Assembly (NCBI GenBank): GCA_051313645.2
Contig: JBNRSN020000025.1
Location: forward strand, 32,798,001-32,862,000
Direction of reading: 5' to 3'
DNA from: Centroscyllium fabricii
Lineage: Eukaryota
DNA length: 64,000 nt
In this document: positions 1 to 13,831 of the stretch, in pieces
Layout of the letters: each line of letters starts with the position of its first letter
Position numbering within the stretch: position 1 is the stretch's first letter
Made by a program: the position numbers and the translations under genes
Notes under the pieces: model-generated
The model's input: only the letters and a program-made list of their open reading frames with translations
Databases searched by the model: none
What the model was told of the DNA's origin: nothing

Positions 1-290
1 TCCTCCTTTGATCACATGCATTTATTCCAGTCTTTCTTGGTATAATTAAAGTCACCCAATATTATTGCCTTGCCGTTCTTGCATATCTCTGCATTGGCTA
101 CAGTTCTTGTTCTCTATCTCATCTCCACTGTCGAGTGCCATATAATGCATAAAGAACTTTACCATTTCCCTTTGTACTTCTTAACTCTATCCAGATGGAT
201 TCTGTCTTAATGCAACCTCCAGGACATCTTTATGTTTAGCGCAGTGACATCATCTTCTATTAACACTCCCAACCCCAATGTGTGCTTATA
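1..290 (-). mobile_element. Degenerate CR1 LINE endonuclease remnant
   Basis: Minus strand near 40-70 reads AIILGDFNY, the APE GDFN motif. Confidence 0.5.
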
Positions 291-1019
291 TGGAAGACAA
301 AGCATCTCACTGAACATCTGTTCCCCACAAGACTTGTATTCTTGTTGTACTTTGGTTTCAATGTTCTGAAAAAGCAGGTTCCTCAAGTGTACTAATGTGG
401 ATTAACCTGATGTTGTACAGTCTATTCATCCCTGCATACTACAGGTATTAGTAACTCACTCCAGAGTTCCATATCTGTTACTCTCACCCCTTCAGCCTTG
501 TGAACAGAATCAAGCAGTTGCAAGGTAGCTGAACAATCCCTTATATTGGATCTTGGAGCAAATCTGTATGGACAGTCTGAATGAGGAGTGGCTGCTTTCA
601 AGTGGTTCAGCAATGATGGTTACAATGATTAACAAGATTTTATACCAGAACCAGTTTAGCTAAAAACAGTACCAGTCTATCACTAAAATAACCTATAGTA
701 GGGGTTGCAATAATCAATTACTAATGTACAGTGAAACCTGCACTAAATGGTCACTTTCAGCAATACAACTAACAGTATGCACAGCTATAGATGGCTGAAC
801 AGACATTAAAATGTCAAGCCCTGAATTAAGCTCTAATGGCAAATTTAGGCTGTGATTACATTTAATTTGACAAGCCTCAAATATGCCACAATTCTATTAG
901 CCAGCGTCCCCAATATTTATGAGTTCATAAATAAAAAATGTATTTCAAGTCATTGCATTCTCTTTGGCTCTCAGTAACCTGCACAGCCTTTTTTTACCCT
1001 CTTCCCAGCCCTCATCTCT

Positions 1020-1350
1020 GGAAGGTGCTGACCCCTGCTGGGGTACAGTTTCATCGGCACTGTCCACCCTCTGGTATCTCACCCAAGTGATCATTCTTCA
1101 TGTGAGACCAACAGAGAGAGTGGGCTGGATATTCAACTGTGGGAAGCATCACAACTGAGCATGAGGTTGTCCTTACCCCACACTTTCTATCAGGGGTTAC
1201 TGGACAGCAATCAGGAGTGGAACCCTGGCTGATTTCCCCCTCCCTAACCCAGTGACACTGATGTAAATTATTAGGCCCTGACTCAGCACAGACTTGGCAC
1301 CTTCCTGGTCCGAATGACTCAGCAACTCACTAAATAAACTCACTGAGCCA
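1020..1350 (-). repeat. Old SINE-like interspersed repeat, unclassified. Related copies near 4300-4580, 6200-6430, 10960-11160, 12470-12700, 15250-15550, 15900-16130, 27870-28090, 39380-39560 and 55920-56200
   Basis: Recurrent motifs 'atcaggagtggaaccctggctgatt(t)cccctccct' and 'gctaactcagcacagac' at all listed sites. Confidence 0.6.
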
Positions 1351-3260
1351 GCAGGATCACAACCTGCCATCCTCTTAAATAAATGTGGCCCAGTGCTCCC
1401 AGGCAAAATGATTAGCCTGTAACAACTGCGTAACCCCTTCATCGCCACAAATCTGTTTATAGGTTTGAACAAAATTTACTTAAGATAATGCTAACCTATA
1501 TTTAGATTTGAATGGCATTCACATAACATATCACAAAATACAGTGGAACTCACAAAAGATCAATACTGTTTGTATCAAATTCTCCTTAAGATAAACGTTT
1601 TTTCCCAGTGTATGAAACCATTTCAATTTACTGAAATGTAATCTGGTATGCAGATAGCATGATCAAATCCAACTTTTTTTTTAACAACTAAATTTCAATT
1701 TTATGTTTAAATTTGTCTTTTTTTGCCCACCTTTATTTAACTTCTATGTGGATTTGATTATGGCTACAATGTTAAGTTTCACACTCTCTTACTAGTGGAG
1801 TGGGGATAAGGTTATTTACCAACACTAGATGCTTCTAGCACATATTGTTAATACTTCAATTCGAATAGTAAAAGTTCATTAGCCAGATCAAGGGGCAAGT
1901 AATTGGTGTTGTACAAACTTGTTTACTTTTTGCAATCAATTTTAACACTCTCTTAACATCTAGTCCTAGTCCTGTTTCAGGTAACTGACAATTTACAATT
2001 GCTCTTATGAGGATTCCACTGCATCTAACACACTCGATGATGCTTGCCAGGCTGGTAAAGGGGTTAATCTGGTTGCAGGTTTCATATTTACCAGTTGCTA
2101 TGGCCATTTTAGGACTCCCCTATTTTATCCAAGATGGGCTCTATTTGATTTAAATCAGTTAAAAAAAACAAAAATCAGTGTTAGATTGCTTGAAAATGTA
2201 TGCCATGGGGAAGTGGGAGGATGGGCTGAGAAACATAGATGCTCACTGCAATCATAAATCTCTGATCCACTTTTTAAAAATGAGTGTGCTAGCGACATCT
2301 AATGGCTGCATACCTGTAATGCACAACTGGTTTCCGGGGGTGAGGGAACACTACCCAAACCATGAGGTGGTAAATGAAGTAAAATAACTAAACCTCCTGC
2401 TGCTTAATCAAAGTGACCAGAAGAACAGGTTTCAGTTTAGTGGTTTCATACTCACCCAAGTTTAGATACAATTGTGACAGCCTCCTTCATCCCCATTCTA
2501 CTCAGCAGATATGTGCCATTCAGCAATGGGAAATGGGAAGGCTGTCTGCTACCTTTCACAGGGATTCATTTTAGTAATATACTGATGAGGACTAAAAGTC
2601 GTCACAGCCTACTTATTACATATTGCTCATAGCAACAATACAAAAAAAACTCAGCAACAAGAAAATGAGGGGGAAAAAGTTCACAAATTCAAGGAAAAAT
2701 AAAATGAATTGGTACCATCTCGCAAACATTTAATTAAAAATAAAACAGCCAAAGCAAACACTCACATAGGATGAGACATACAATTTATTTCAAACTAAAC
2801 TAGGAACAAGACTTGTATAAAAATAAAGTAAGCAGGTAACTTTCCAAGGACAGGTTCATTCTCTCTATGTAACATTACTGTACACAGCTCTACCATTCAC
2901 AGAATGACAGGAATTCAAAATGAAATGCTGGCAAACCTGAAAGCATGTAGTAAATGGAAACTCAATTAAAGTGCTGAGACCTAATGGATTGGCATTGTAC
3001 GACATGCATGGTTTAGGAATGAGGAATAGGCGTTCAAAAATGAAGAAACATGTTCAAAAATAAGAAGCAAAAGGGTAGGACAGAATCACGTTTATTTACT
3101 TGCAAGATGTTTTTAGAAGTCAGGTAACTTGCATTTTATGGGGAAGTTACTTCTGTGGGTGGAAGGGGAGGGAGTAGGAGCAGAGTGAACGAACAATCTG
3201 TCCCATAAAATGCCTCAGAAACAGCTAAGTATTAATACTCATTTCTTGGGTACTGTGTAC

Positions 3261-3305
3261 CTTCAATGATGAATGTTCTTGACTTTGAAGAACTAAATGG
3301 ATCCC
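3261..3305 (-). CDS. KCNAB2: KCNAB2 alternative 45-nt cassette exon (GDPFSSSKSRTFIIE)
   Basis: Minus strand reads ttttttttattaccAG|GGGATCC...ATTGAAG|GTacac. Phase 1-1, in frame with the upstream exon ending PME-G. Peptide matches my recollection of the insert in the long mammalian KCNAB2 isoform. Confidence 0.85.
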
Positions 3306-6300
3306 CTGGTAATAAAAAAAGATTTAAAAAACCAGAGTTTATAGCTGAAGGCACATTACATTGCAGAATTGAGGGCATGGGAGAGGCAAGAGTAAATTCT
3401 ATATATATATATATACATACATATACACACGACTTTCCCAGCTCAGAAAACAGTAGCCCAGTGAACTGATTGCCTTTATTAGAAACATATATATTCATTA
3501 TAAAATACATCCAACTTGTAAAGGCTCAAATATAGTATGAGTAAAAATAAAAACAGTGCATTCTATCAGTTGAGGTATGAAAATGCTCAGTTTAAAAAGA
3601 CAGTATCCCTTTTGTTTACCTACATAGGCGAGATTTTAAATGCAGTACCAATCAAACCTACTTGACAGAATCAACTGGAAATGTAGAATGAACTGGCTTC
3701 AGTGGATGAGTAATATGGTAGGAGTGGCAGTGGGAAAAAACATCAAGTATAGTTACTAGATTTGGATCCAAATAACACATATAATAACTTGGAGGACTGT
3801 CAAATTGTTCCAGAGATAATGAAGTATGACGAACATAGCCCAACATCTCAGGCTGCACCCCTATGCTCTTCTCACTCCAGTCTGTGTGCCCTCCTGTCCA
3901 TCACTGGTGTCAGAACCTTCAGCAGTCACACCTGCAGTCTGGACTTCACTGCCTAAGGCTCACCACCTCTCTATATCTTGCACTTTCAAAAGCCTCCTCA
4001 AACCCACAACTTCAATCACCTCTCTGAACCCTTGCGTTGTGTTCATTCCCTCCATTGTCCCTGTAAGGTACCATGAGATATTTAAGGTACTATATTAAGT
4101 GCCACTTATTGTTAAGTGGCCTTATGACAACATTCTCAACACCCTACTCCTCCTCCCCAACCAGTGCAAGAGGGCTATAGCGCAAAATTCATTTATTTTG
4201 CATTGAGACAGCAATCAAGTTCACAACTCCAATCAGTGTGGTGCAAGGGAATATTCCAATTAACTCCCCAATGGTTGAACAAGTTTATCGAGTGAGTAGC
4301 TGAGCTAAACAGATGAGCAGGTCCCAGATTTGATCAATGGTGTCCTTGGGTTAGGGAGGAGAAAAACAAGAGTCATTCGGGGGCCTGCTCCTGATCGCTA
4401 TCTACTGCCCCCTGCCTGAATGCGAGAGTGGGTGGACTTCGGATGAGGACAAGATTGAGCTTGGCTGTCCCCTCCATAATTTAATCTTCTGCTGACAAAT
4501 CTCTTGATGCTCAGTTTCACATCAGCTAACTCAGCACAGACTGGAGATTGAGTCTATATAACTCAATATTGCTTTTTCCACTAAGGAGCTCTTAATTTTA
4601 TGCATTTAAGGAGTCATGTACCTCAAAGCATTAACAGTAAATATTCAGGGGCTGTAATCAGGACAGTTGATTAAAAACTGTATGATAGCAGTAGATACAA
4701 ATGACAAAGGGAAGACTCAAATGAAATTACTTAGAAAATCTAAAATGGTAAATGATAAAAAAACCTGCCTGCGAAGTTCAGTGTTGCTACTAGGATTTCA
4801 GTAAAGGATATTTGGATTTGCAAAATTTGCACCTGAACTATGAAAAACACCCAGCAGTTACAAGTCCAGATTTTGTCTTTCCAAACTTGGACTATATCCG
4901 GAGACAGCATTCTGAGCTGTCATATTGTACTGGCAGCGGAAGCATTTGGAGGTGATGAATTCTAAGTACCTGTATTAGACAAGCAGCTTTTTAGTACAAC
5001 AGTAAAGTGCTTTAGCCGAGAGATAGCGCTGAACAGCTGATGTTAATAAATCACTCTTTCCTTCCTGGTTTTATGAGATTAAGTTAACCCAAGTGAAAGA
5101 GCAAGCCTTTGGCTTTGTGTTAGAATTGCTGCATCTGAGTCAGAAGGTGCAGGATTCGAACCCGGCTCCACAGTCCCAGCAAATGGAGCTTCGGCTCTGA
5201 AGTCTGGGTTGCCATTCAGTGGAATATTTGAGTGTGAGTGTGCCCCCCCACCATTGTATGGGTTGTGGGACCCCCCCCCCCCCCCATAGTGTAGGAATAA
5301 TCCCCCCACCCCAATAGCTGGTATAAAATTGGTTACGACCATGAGTCACATCAGACTGTTAATCAACCAACGAACCCTACCATTACTTCACCTATTCTCC
5401 AAGGAAAGAGTGTGAAGATACAAAAACAACAACCCAAAGTCAACAGACCTGCAACACACACTCAGCCAATTATTTGTAAAATACACAAGACACCTAACAA
5501 ATCAACTACTTGCTGCAAATACCATCCTAGTGCAAATCTTGTGAGCTGGTGCCATGCAACCGAACTTCCACAACAAACTGTATTTTCACACCCCTGAGTT
5601 TTACTGTCTATTAACAACATCTGAATGGTGCAGTTGTAATTCCACTCCAAGTTGTATATGCGATATCGAGATCAGGATTGTAGGCTTAAAGTTTGAATCT
5701 TTGACAGGCATCTGTTGAAAATTAGCTTAGGCCATTCGTACAGCCAGACACATATACAATTTATGTAGGACTACAAAAGGGACATTGTTTTATAAACCAC
5801 TTAACATATCTTACAACATGTGGACTAATGGTGGTGCCATAATAGCACTATCGTCTTTAGTCACTTTTACTATTAACAGCTTAGTTAGAACAAGAACATT
5901 TCTGTACTGAACTGTGAAGGGCTTTCACTACAAGAATCCTTCAGATGATCCTGACAATTTAAAATGGTATTAGCATTTTGTTGACATGCTGAGCGATGTA
6001 TTTGAAAGGTCATACAATACAGCTTAATTTCTATATGTATATTCCATCTTCAATTATGTGAAGAAACATAGAACAAAAACAAACAACCTGCACAAAGTCT
6101 AGCAAGTAGTGTTATTTCAGCAGAAATGGAGTTACTTTCATTAGAGCTACTATATACCTGGGATAATGATGGGGTGTGGGCACGCACGACTGTCCACAGT
6201 GGGCTGTGGTGCTTTAATGAGGGGAGGTGATTAATAGCAGGCTAGTTAACTATTCCTGGTATCGCAACCAAGTCTCATCCTATCCTCATTAACATCCGCA

Positions 6301-7348
6301 CACATTACTTTTCAGCCTATGTTACTGAATAGTGATCAGGAGTAGGAACTCTGGCTAACTTTCTCCCTCCACAATCCAGAAACATGAAGACTAATTGTAG
6401 TGCTGCAACTACTGCCCCAGCTGAGATCAGCCAAGCTTTTGTTCTTCTTTAACAAGCGATGGTATAGGGACAGAGGTGCAAGAGTGTCAAACCTGCTTCC
6501 AAAACCACACCTCAAATGATTTCAACAGAGCCTGATGCACTGAAACCTTTACTAGGCTTAATGTCACATTTTCCTTTTGCTTCCAGCATGAACTGTTCCT
6601 CAAGAGGGGCTGCTGTCAGTAAGAAGAGAAAAACAGACCTATGCCATTTTATCTTGGGATGTCACACACAAGTGACAATTATAGGTTTTGTCATATCACA
6701 CTGGCAAAAGAAAAGGGTGTATCAAGCAGGTGTCCCTTTAGAATACCACTGGTCTAAGAGTACCTTGTGTTGAGGAACTCATTAACAGATATTACCGTAA
6801 AGTCATAATGGACCACTGATGCACTCTTCGACCAGTGTTTACCAACATTTTTGCATGAATTTTCTGCTCATCAAAATGAGGGTAATGTCAATTCTGGCAA
6901 ATGGAGTATTTTCCATTTTAGTCCCAACATCAAGCTCTCCCAGAGCATGGTCAAGAATGGCAAAACACCCTGCAATATGGTCCAACAATTTACCTCCTTC
7001 CCACCCTCAGATGAACACCTCCTGTGGCACCAGTGCGACATTTTTCCATTTCCCACACCAGCCATTGAGCAGCTCTTTGAATGAAATTGCTAACTGCAAA
7101 CCAATTAGTGTCAAATTATTGTAAGTTTTGTGTGGTGGAGCTTGCCCATTATACTGTCTAAATTCATTTCACGAGACCGTTACAGCCAATACACTGAGGA
7201 GACTATTATTCCAGTAGTCTAGGTTACTGTGCCATTCAATCCTGTGTGCTTGTTTATCAACATTTCATGGTGTAGCCCTAGTCTAGATCTGTGAAATGCA
7301 ATGGAGTGCTCCGCTATATTGCTCTGAGCTTCTCCTCGTACAAATATT

Positions 7349-10195
7349 GGCCCAGAATTTGCGGTCCCGATGATGCATACGCCGTCGTAAGCCTTCTGAA
7401 AGGCCCCCGTAAGTTTCGGGTTTACACATGCGCATGCGTGAAAACCCGGAACTTGCAATGTCAAGGTACGCCTTGATAGATCTACCGAACCAACTGAGAA
7501 ATCACTTTCACTGGCGCAGAGTTGGGCTATTTGCCCAACTACTGCCCAGCAAACGCCCATGAAACTCTTACGGCTGGTAGGAGCAGGCATCGGGCTTGTT
7601 TTCACCAAGGTAAGGGTTATTATGTAATGAGAAAGGATTAATTAACAATCTTGTTGTGCAAGGCCCCTTGGGGAAGAGTGATCATAAAAATGGAGAGTGA
7701 AGTAGTTGACTCAGAGGCTAGAGTCATGAATTTAAATAAAAGAAATATGATGGTATGAGGCACAAGTTGGCTAGGATGGATTGGGGAACGTTACTTAAAG
7801 GGTTGACGGTGGATAGGCAATGACAAACATTTAAAGATCGCATGGATGAGCTACAGAATTTGTTCATCCCTGTTTGGTATAAAAATAAAACAAAAAAGGT
7901 GACTCAACCTTGGCTAACAAGGGAAATTAGGGATAACATAAGATCCAAGGAGAGGACATATAATTTGGCCAGAAAAAGCAGCAAACCTGAGGATTGGGAG
8001 CAGTTTAGGATTCAGCAAAGGAGGACAAGGATTAATTAAGAGGGGGAAAATAGATTATGAGAGTAAGCTTTCAGGGAACATAAAAACTGACTGTAAAAGC
8101 TTCTATAGATATGTGAAGAGAAAAAGATTGGGGAGGTCAAGCTTAGGTCCCTTGCAGTCAGAATTAGGGGAATTTATAATGGGGAACAAAGAAATGGCAG
8201 ACCAATTAAATACATACTTTGGTTCTGTCTTCACAAAGGAGGACACAAATAACCTCCCAGAGATGTTGGGGAACATAGGGTCTGATGAGAGGGAGGAATT
8301 GAATGAAATCAGTATTTGTAGGGAAATGGTGTCAGGGAAACTGACGGGATTGAAGGCCGATAAATCCCCAGGGCCTGATCATCTACCTCCTAGGATACTT
8401 AAGGAAGTGGCCCGAGAAATAGTAGATGCATTGCTGGTCATCTTCCAAAATTCCATAAACTCGAACAGTTCCCATGGATTGGAGGATAGCTAATGTAACC
8501 CCACTATTTAAAAAAGGTGGTAGAGAGAAAACGGGGAATTATAGACCGGTAAGTCTGACATCGGTAGTGGGGAAAATGCTAGAGTCCATTATAAAAGATG
8601 TAATAGCAGAGTACTTGGAAAACAGTGACAGGATCGGACAAAGTCAACATGGATTTACAAAAGGTAAATCATGCTTGACTAATCTACTGGAATTTTTTGA
8701 GGATGTAACTGGTAGAATAGATAAGGGAGAACCAGTGGATGTGGTGTACTGGGACTTTCAGAAGGCTTTTGATAAGGTCCTGCATAAGAGATTAGCATGC
8801 AAAGTTAAAGCACAGGGGATTGGGGGTAAGGTACTGTCTTGGATAGAGAACTGGTTGGCAGACAGGAAGCAAAGAGTTGCAATAAAAAGGTCTTTTTCCG
8901 AGTGGCATGCAGTGACTAGTGGGGTACCACAGGGATCGGTGCTCGGGCCTCAGCTATTCACTATATATATATAAAAATGATCTAGACCAGGGAACTAGAA
9001 TGCAATATCTCCAAGTTTGCAGCTGACACAAAGCTGGGTGGGCGTGTGTGCTGTGAGGAGGATGCAGAGAAACTCCAGTATGATTTGGACAGGTTGGGTG
9101 ATTGGGTAGATGCATGGCAAATGCAGTATAATGTGGATAAATGCGAGCTTATCCACTTTGGTGGCAAAAACAGGAAGGCAGATTATTATCTGAACAGCAA
9201 TAGATTGGGAAAAGGGGAAGTGCAACGAGACCTGGGTGTCCTTGTGCACCAGTCGCTGAAGGTAAGCATACAGGTGCAGCAGGTGGTTAAGAAGGCAAAT
9301 GGTATGTTGGCCTTCATAGCGAGAGGATTTGAGTACAGGAGCAAGGATGTCTTCCCGCAGTTGTACAGGGCCTTGGTGAGACCACACCTGGAGTACTTTG
9401 TGCAGTTTTGGTCACCTTATCTGAGAAAGGATGTTCTTGCCATAGAGGGAGTGCAGCGAAGATTCACCAGACTGCTACCTGGGATGGCAGGAATGACGTA
9501 TGAGGAGAGATTGGGTCGATTAGGCTTATATTCGCTAGAGTTTAGAAGAGAGGGGATCGCATTGAAACTTAGAAAATTCTAACAGGACTAGACAGACTAG
9601 ATGCAGGAAGGATGTTCCTGATGGTGGGGGAGTCCAGAACCAGGAGTCACAGTCTAAGGATAAGGGGTAAGCCATTTTGGACAGAGATGAGGAGGAATTT
9701 CTTCACTCTGAGAGTGGTGAACCTGTGGAATTCTCTACCCACAAGGCAGTTGAGGCCAACTCATTAAATATATTCAAGAAGGAGTATGATATATTTCTTA
9801 AGGCTAAAGGGATTAAGGGATATGGGGGGAAAGCAGGGACAGGGTACTGAAACATAGAAACTAGGAGCAGGAGTAGGCCATTCGGCCCTTCGAGCCTGCT
9901 CCGCCATTCAACGAGATCATGGCTGATCATCTAAACCCAGTACCCTGCCCCTGCCATAAGGGGATTCCATTCGTAAATGACTGCAATGGAATCCTCTTTT
10001 CTCATTGGAGGACCTGGCCCACGTGATCATAGGGACGCTTCCGAACCGCCTGCGTCCCTGAGATCAATGGGCCTTCATGCAGGCGTATGCCTGGAGGCCC
10101 AGGTCCCAAACTCTGCGTAGCTGTGGAACCAGGAGGTAAGTTCGGAAATATTTCGCTAGTCGGAGGCGCACTCCTCCAACCGCAAATTCAGGGCC
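7349..10195. mobile_element. Harbinger-like MITE halves (7349-~7612 and ~9955-10195) apparently split by a CR1
   Basis: Left GGCCCAGAATTTGCGGT and right ACCGCAAATTCAGGGCC are inverted repeats. Flanks (ATT / GAT) do not give a clean TSD. Confidence 0.5.
7620..9849 (+). mobile_element. CR1 LINE, 5'-truncated, frameshifted ORF2 (RT)
   Basis: ORFs 8113, 8474 and 9046 contain [34 protein letters not shown] and LVRPHLEY. Confidence 0.95.
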
Positions 10196-11527
10196 GATGT
10201 AACTTACATTTCCCACACTATCTACCCTTAAATCACCCGTCTTGGGAAGCTTCTCGAATTAGACCAATTCAATGCGGAATCAGATCATAGTCTATCTGGA
10301 GACATGTACTTTGGGAACTGCAGTAAGGTTGACCAAACATTTCACTTACAGCCCTTGTCCAAGCTGTCTGCTGCATTGGAACCCAGGCACCAGATGTGGA
10401 AGCACGAGACTCAACCACACTGTGACACCCAAATTGTAAAGATTTTCCATTAAAAGTAAATATTAATACCTCAAAAAACAGTCCTGTTCCTCTACCTTTA
10501 ATATACTAGCATAAGCAAAAACCAAAACCAATTAACAGGATATGTAGTGCGTCCAATTTTTATTTTTTGGTGTTGTTAGGAAATCTTTTTGTTCCTTAAA
10601 CCGGTCTCTTGGGGCCTGGTAAATCATGCAGTAAGGAGTCCAGGTAGGCAACATTTCCCAGGTCTCTGCTAGGAGGCACATGACAGTTGCCCAGAGATCA
10701 CTTTCTCTCCCATCTATGAGGGAAAGAGAGTTGACATAATCCTACAGTGAAGTGACTAAAATCAGTAACAATGCCCATTGCATGCCACCATTTATTGATG
10801 CTCCAATGAATCATCTATATAGTCCAAATTTTTAACTAATGTCTGAATGAGGTGTCAGTTAAATGAAACTTATACACCTCAAACTTCAGAGTGGTTGGTT
10901 GAAACAAGCACACGTTTTCAAAGGTTTGTAATTTAGTCATTGAATGATCCACAAACTAAAGACCAAAAGATCCCTGGTTTGATTCCTACTCCATGCTGAG
11001 TTAGCTGATCTCAGATAGGCCAGTAGTTGGGGTGCTGCAATTGGGCCCAGTGACACTGGGCTAAACAAAATTGAGCTCTGCCGAGATGTCCCCTCAGTCA
11101 AATAGTGTATGGACAGTGTACTTGTAGGCTGCTGCTATCTGTGGAACCGTATTCCAACAAAAATCTACACTTCAAGAGACAAGGGGATGAAAGTGGCAAA
11201 AACTGGGGAAGAGGCACTGGAAATTACTTCCACGTAAGTAAATTAATGTGCACTATTAACTGATCCTTTATATTTGTACTTGCATATTAAATGATCAGTC
11301 AAACGGGCTCTGTAAATATTTTGCCAATATAAAGGTAACTTTAGCTTAATGATCAGTAAGTAGTCTACTAGCTGTTGTAAAGATGTGCCAATCTATATTT
11401 CTTGAATCTTTACTGCAGCAGAAGTTTCTGCAAAGGGGTGGGAAAGGGAAGAGAGAAAGTGAGTACATTTACAAAACCTGTAGATTAAAGGTTAGTGTTA
11501 GATCTCCACTGATGTAATGAAACTCAC

Positions 11528-11614
11528 CTTCCATGGGTGTGTTTGGGTCTGGCCTGTTAGCAAATACCACATCCACATACTCCAACTGCAACCGCTCAAG
11601 AGAAGCCTTCAGTC
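11528..11614 (-). CDS. KCNAB2: Kv channel beta-2 subunit exon ([29 protein letters not shown])
   Basis: 87-nt exon, cAG acceptor and GTgagt donor. Aldo-keto-reductase-fold Kvbeta peptide; KASLER is beta2-type. Confidence 0.96.
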
Positions 11615-12183
11615 CTGCCAAAGCAGAATACATACACCTGTTAAAAATAGACCAGCTTGACAATCCTATGCTCAGAATTTGATGTGGCTAGCAGAATAAA
11701 TACTGTGACTAGTGCTTTAAAGGTAAAGAACAAATCCACCATTTTGTAAGTTGATTCCCCTGTGGAAGTTGAAGACAGACATACTACATGATTTGCAGAA
11801 ATGGGTTAATAGAATGGTGGCCTTGCACACTGAATGCATTTTCCTGGAAACTGGAGATTGACAACTTCATCTTCTGTTAGCCAGGTTGAGGCTGAAGGCA
11901 GTCTAATTTATTTAGCATACTGCAACACTAAATCCATTTTCTGTGCCTGTACTCCAGCTACAAAATGCTATCTTCGCTCTGCCGAGGAACGTGGCGATTT
12001 CTGTCTCAAAGAAGATTCAAGATTCTATTCACCACTCTAGATGTCAACAAGGTAGAAATTACTGTCGCTGATGTTATCATAAAGACTCTTAACATGCTCA
12101 CATCACATTAGTGTCTCATACTTTAATAGAGGCATTAACCATTCATTATCAACAGCAGTTTTTATACTAATGTAGTTCCCTAC

Positions 12184-12227
12184 CTTCTATAATGTGCTTT
12201 CGGGAGAGTCCTCTCTCAGTCTCCGCC
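12184..12227 (-). CDS. KCNAB2: Kv channel beta-2 subunit exon (AETERGLSRKHIIE)
   Basis: 44-nt exon, ttgcAG...GTaggg. Phases fit both neighbours. Too short for the ORF track; read by hand. Confidence 0.95.
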
Positions 12228-13111
12228 CTGCAAGGCAAACACAATTGACAAACATGGCATTATTTAAGGGTCAATCTTCAGTAATAAGTCATTGAGTCAT
12301 TCTGGTTAACCCAGGTTAGATCAGATTTCCAAATAACACCAAGTAAGCTACGTCATTGATGTGGACAAGATCATGCAAAAGCAGGGCTGCAGGAACAGTG
12401 GACCTATGCCCAGAAGCATTTTTCTTCTGGAGCCTCAAAACGTCTGTGTTACTGAGCCACACAGATCAGGCAAGTCCCATATTTGATCCCTGGCCTATGC
12501 GGAGGTAACTGATCTCAGTCAAAAAAGCAGTAGGGGGTGTTACTATGGCCTCATCACCACCAGAATAGGAATGACGGATAAAACACAGATATGGTTCATG
12601 CCTCTGATCACCATCTAGTGCCTCTTGCTGGAAATTGTGCATATGGATGTTGATGCCGAGAGGTTCAGACTTGGCTGTAATACCTCCAATTATCAAATAG
12701 TCTGTCAACAGTCATTCCTATTTAGATACTCCTGTAGCACACCCAAGCAAAATTTAATAATGCATTCATGATGTAACTGAACAGCTCATTAGGGATACTG
12801 CCCCCTGCAGCAAACAACTACAGGGTACGACTAAGTTCACAGTTATAGAAAGAAGAAAGACTTGCACTTATATAGTGCCTTTCATGACCTCAGGACATTT
12901 CAAACCACTTTACAACCAACAAAGTACTTTTGAAGTGCAGTCAGTATTGTAATGTAGGAAACATGGCAGCAAGGTCCCACAAACAGCAATAATCTGTTTT
13001 AGTGCTTTAGATTGAGGGATAAATATCACCTATGTACTATCACCAACACTGCCCTTTACAGGGCTGAATTGAGTTTTATATTCCCCCTTTTGATATCCCC
13101 TCCAGGTATAC

Positions 13112-13340
13112 ACAGGTATACACAAAGAGTGGTAGAAGTTTGGAAAACACTTCCGCAAACAGCAATTGATGCTAGATCAATTGTTAATTTTAAACCGGAG
13201 ATTGATAGCTTTTTGTTAACCAAAGGTATTAAGGAATATGGGCCCAAGGCGGGTATATGAGTAAGGTCGCAGATCAGTCATGATCACAGTGAATGGCGGA
13301 ACGGGCTCGAGGGGCTGAATGGCCTACTCCTGTTCCAATA
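13112..13340 (+). mobile_element. CR1 3' end fragment
   Basis: TQRVVEVW peptide plus 3' UTR 'gaatggcggaacgggctcgaggggctgaatggcctactcctg'. Confidence 0.8.
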
Positions 13341-13683
13341 TACACAACTGTACAGTTTCTATTTCTTTGGTTTTCTCTCTGTAGGTGATACAAGTTGAAG
13401 CTTCTTAATGGCAAATTGACATCCCTGTGGAGTGTAGAATATTACATTTATATAAGTGCTACTAAGTAAAAACTGTAGAAATGGTCATGAAGAAATGTTA
13501 ACTTAAAATAAGGTGCTTTTTCATTTGCTTGGCATTTTCATCTCCGAGTCAGAAGGTTCTGAGCTAAAACTCCAGTCCAAGAGTTCAGCTCATAAGCCAA
13601 GATTTTGCTGCAGTGATGGAGGTGCTATCTTTCAGATGAAACATTAGACCAAGGCCCTGTGTGAATCTTTAAGATCACGTAGC

Positions 13684-13831
13684 CAGTGTTCCCTCTAATT
13701 GTTTGGGGGGCCGCGCGGCCCCTTTAACGGGCTGTGTGGCCCATTTAAAAATTCGCGCATGCACACTTTTTGTATTTAAAAGCCAGTGAGCCGACTGCGC
13801 GGGAGATCCAGAGCGCTTAAAGGGAACATTT
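13684..13831. mobile_element. Small hAT-like MITE nested in a Deu-SINE copy (~13545-14050)
   Basis: TIR CAGTGTTCCCTCTAA ... TTAAAGGGAACATT. TSD not clearly preserved. Confidence 0.55.

Noticed and set aside
2450-2560. Minus-strand GTGAGT donor suggesting another KCNAB2 exon
   Set aside because: Upstream sequence does not translate to the expected ETVRAMTHVINQG or any Kvbeta peptide.
2582-2606. CTGATGA-GGACT-AAA-AGTC resembling a hammerhead
   Set aside because: No GAAA box after stem II and no stem I or III.
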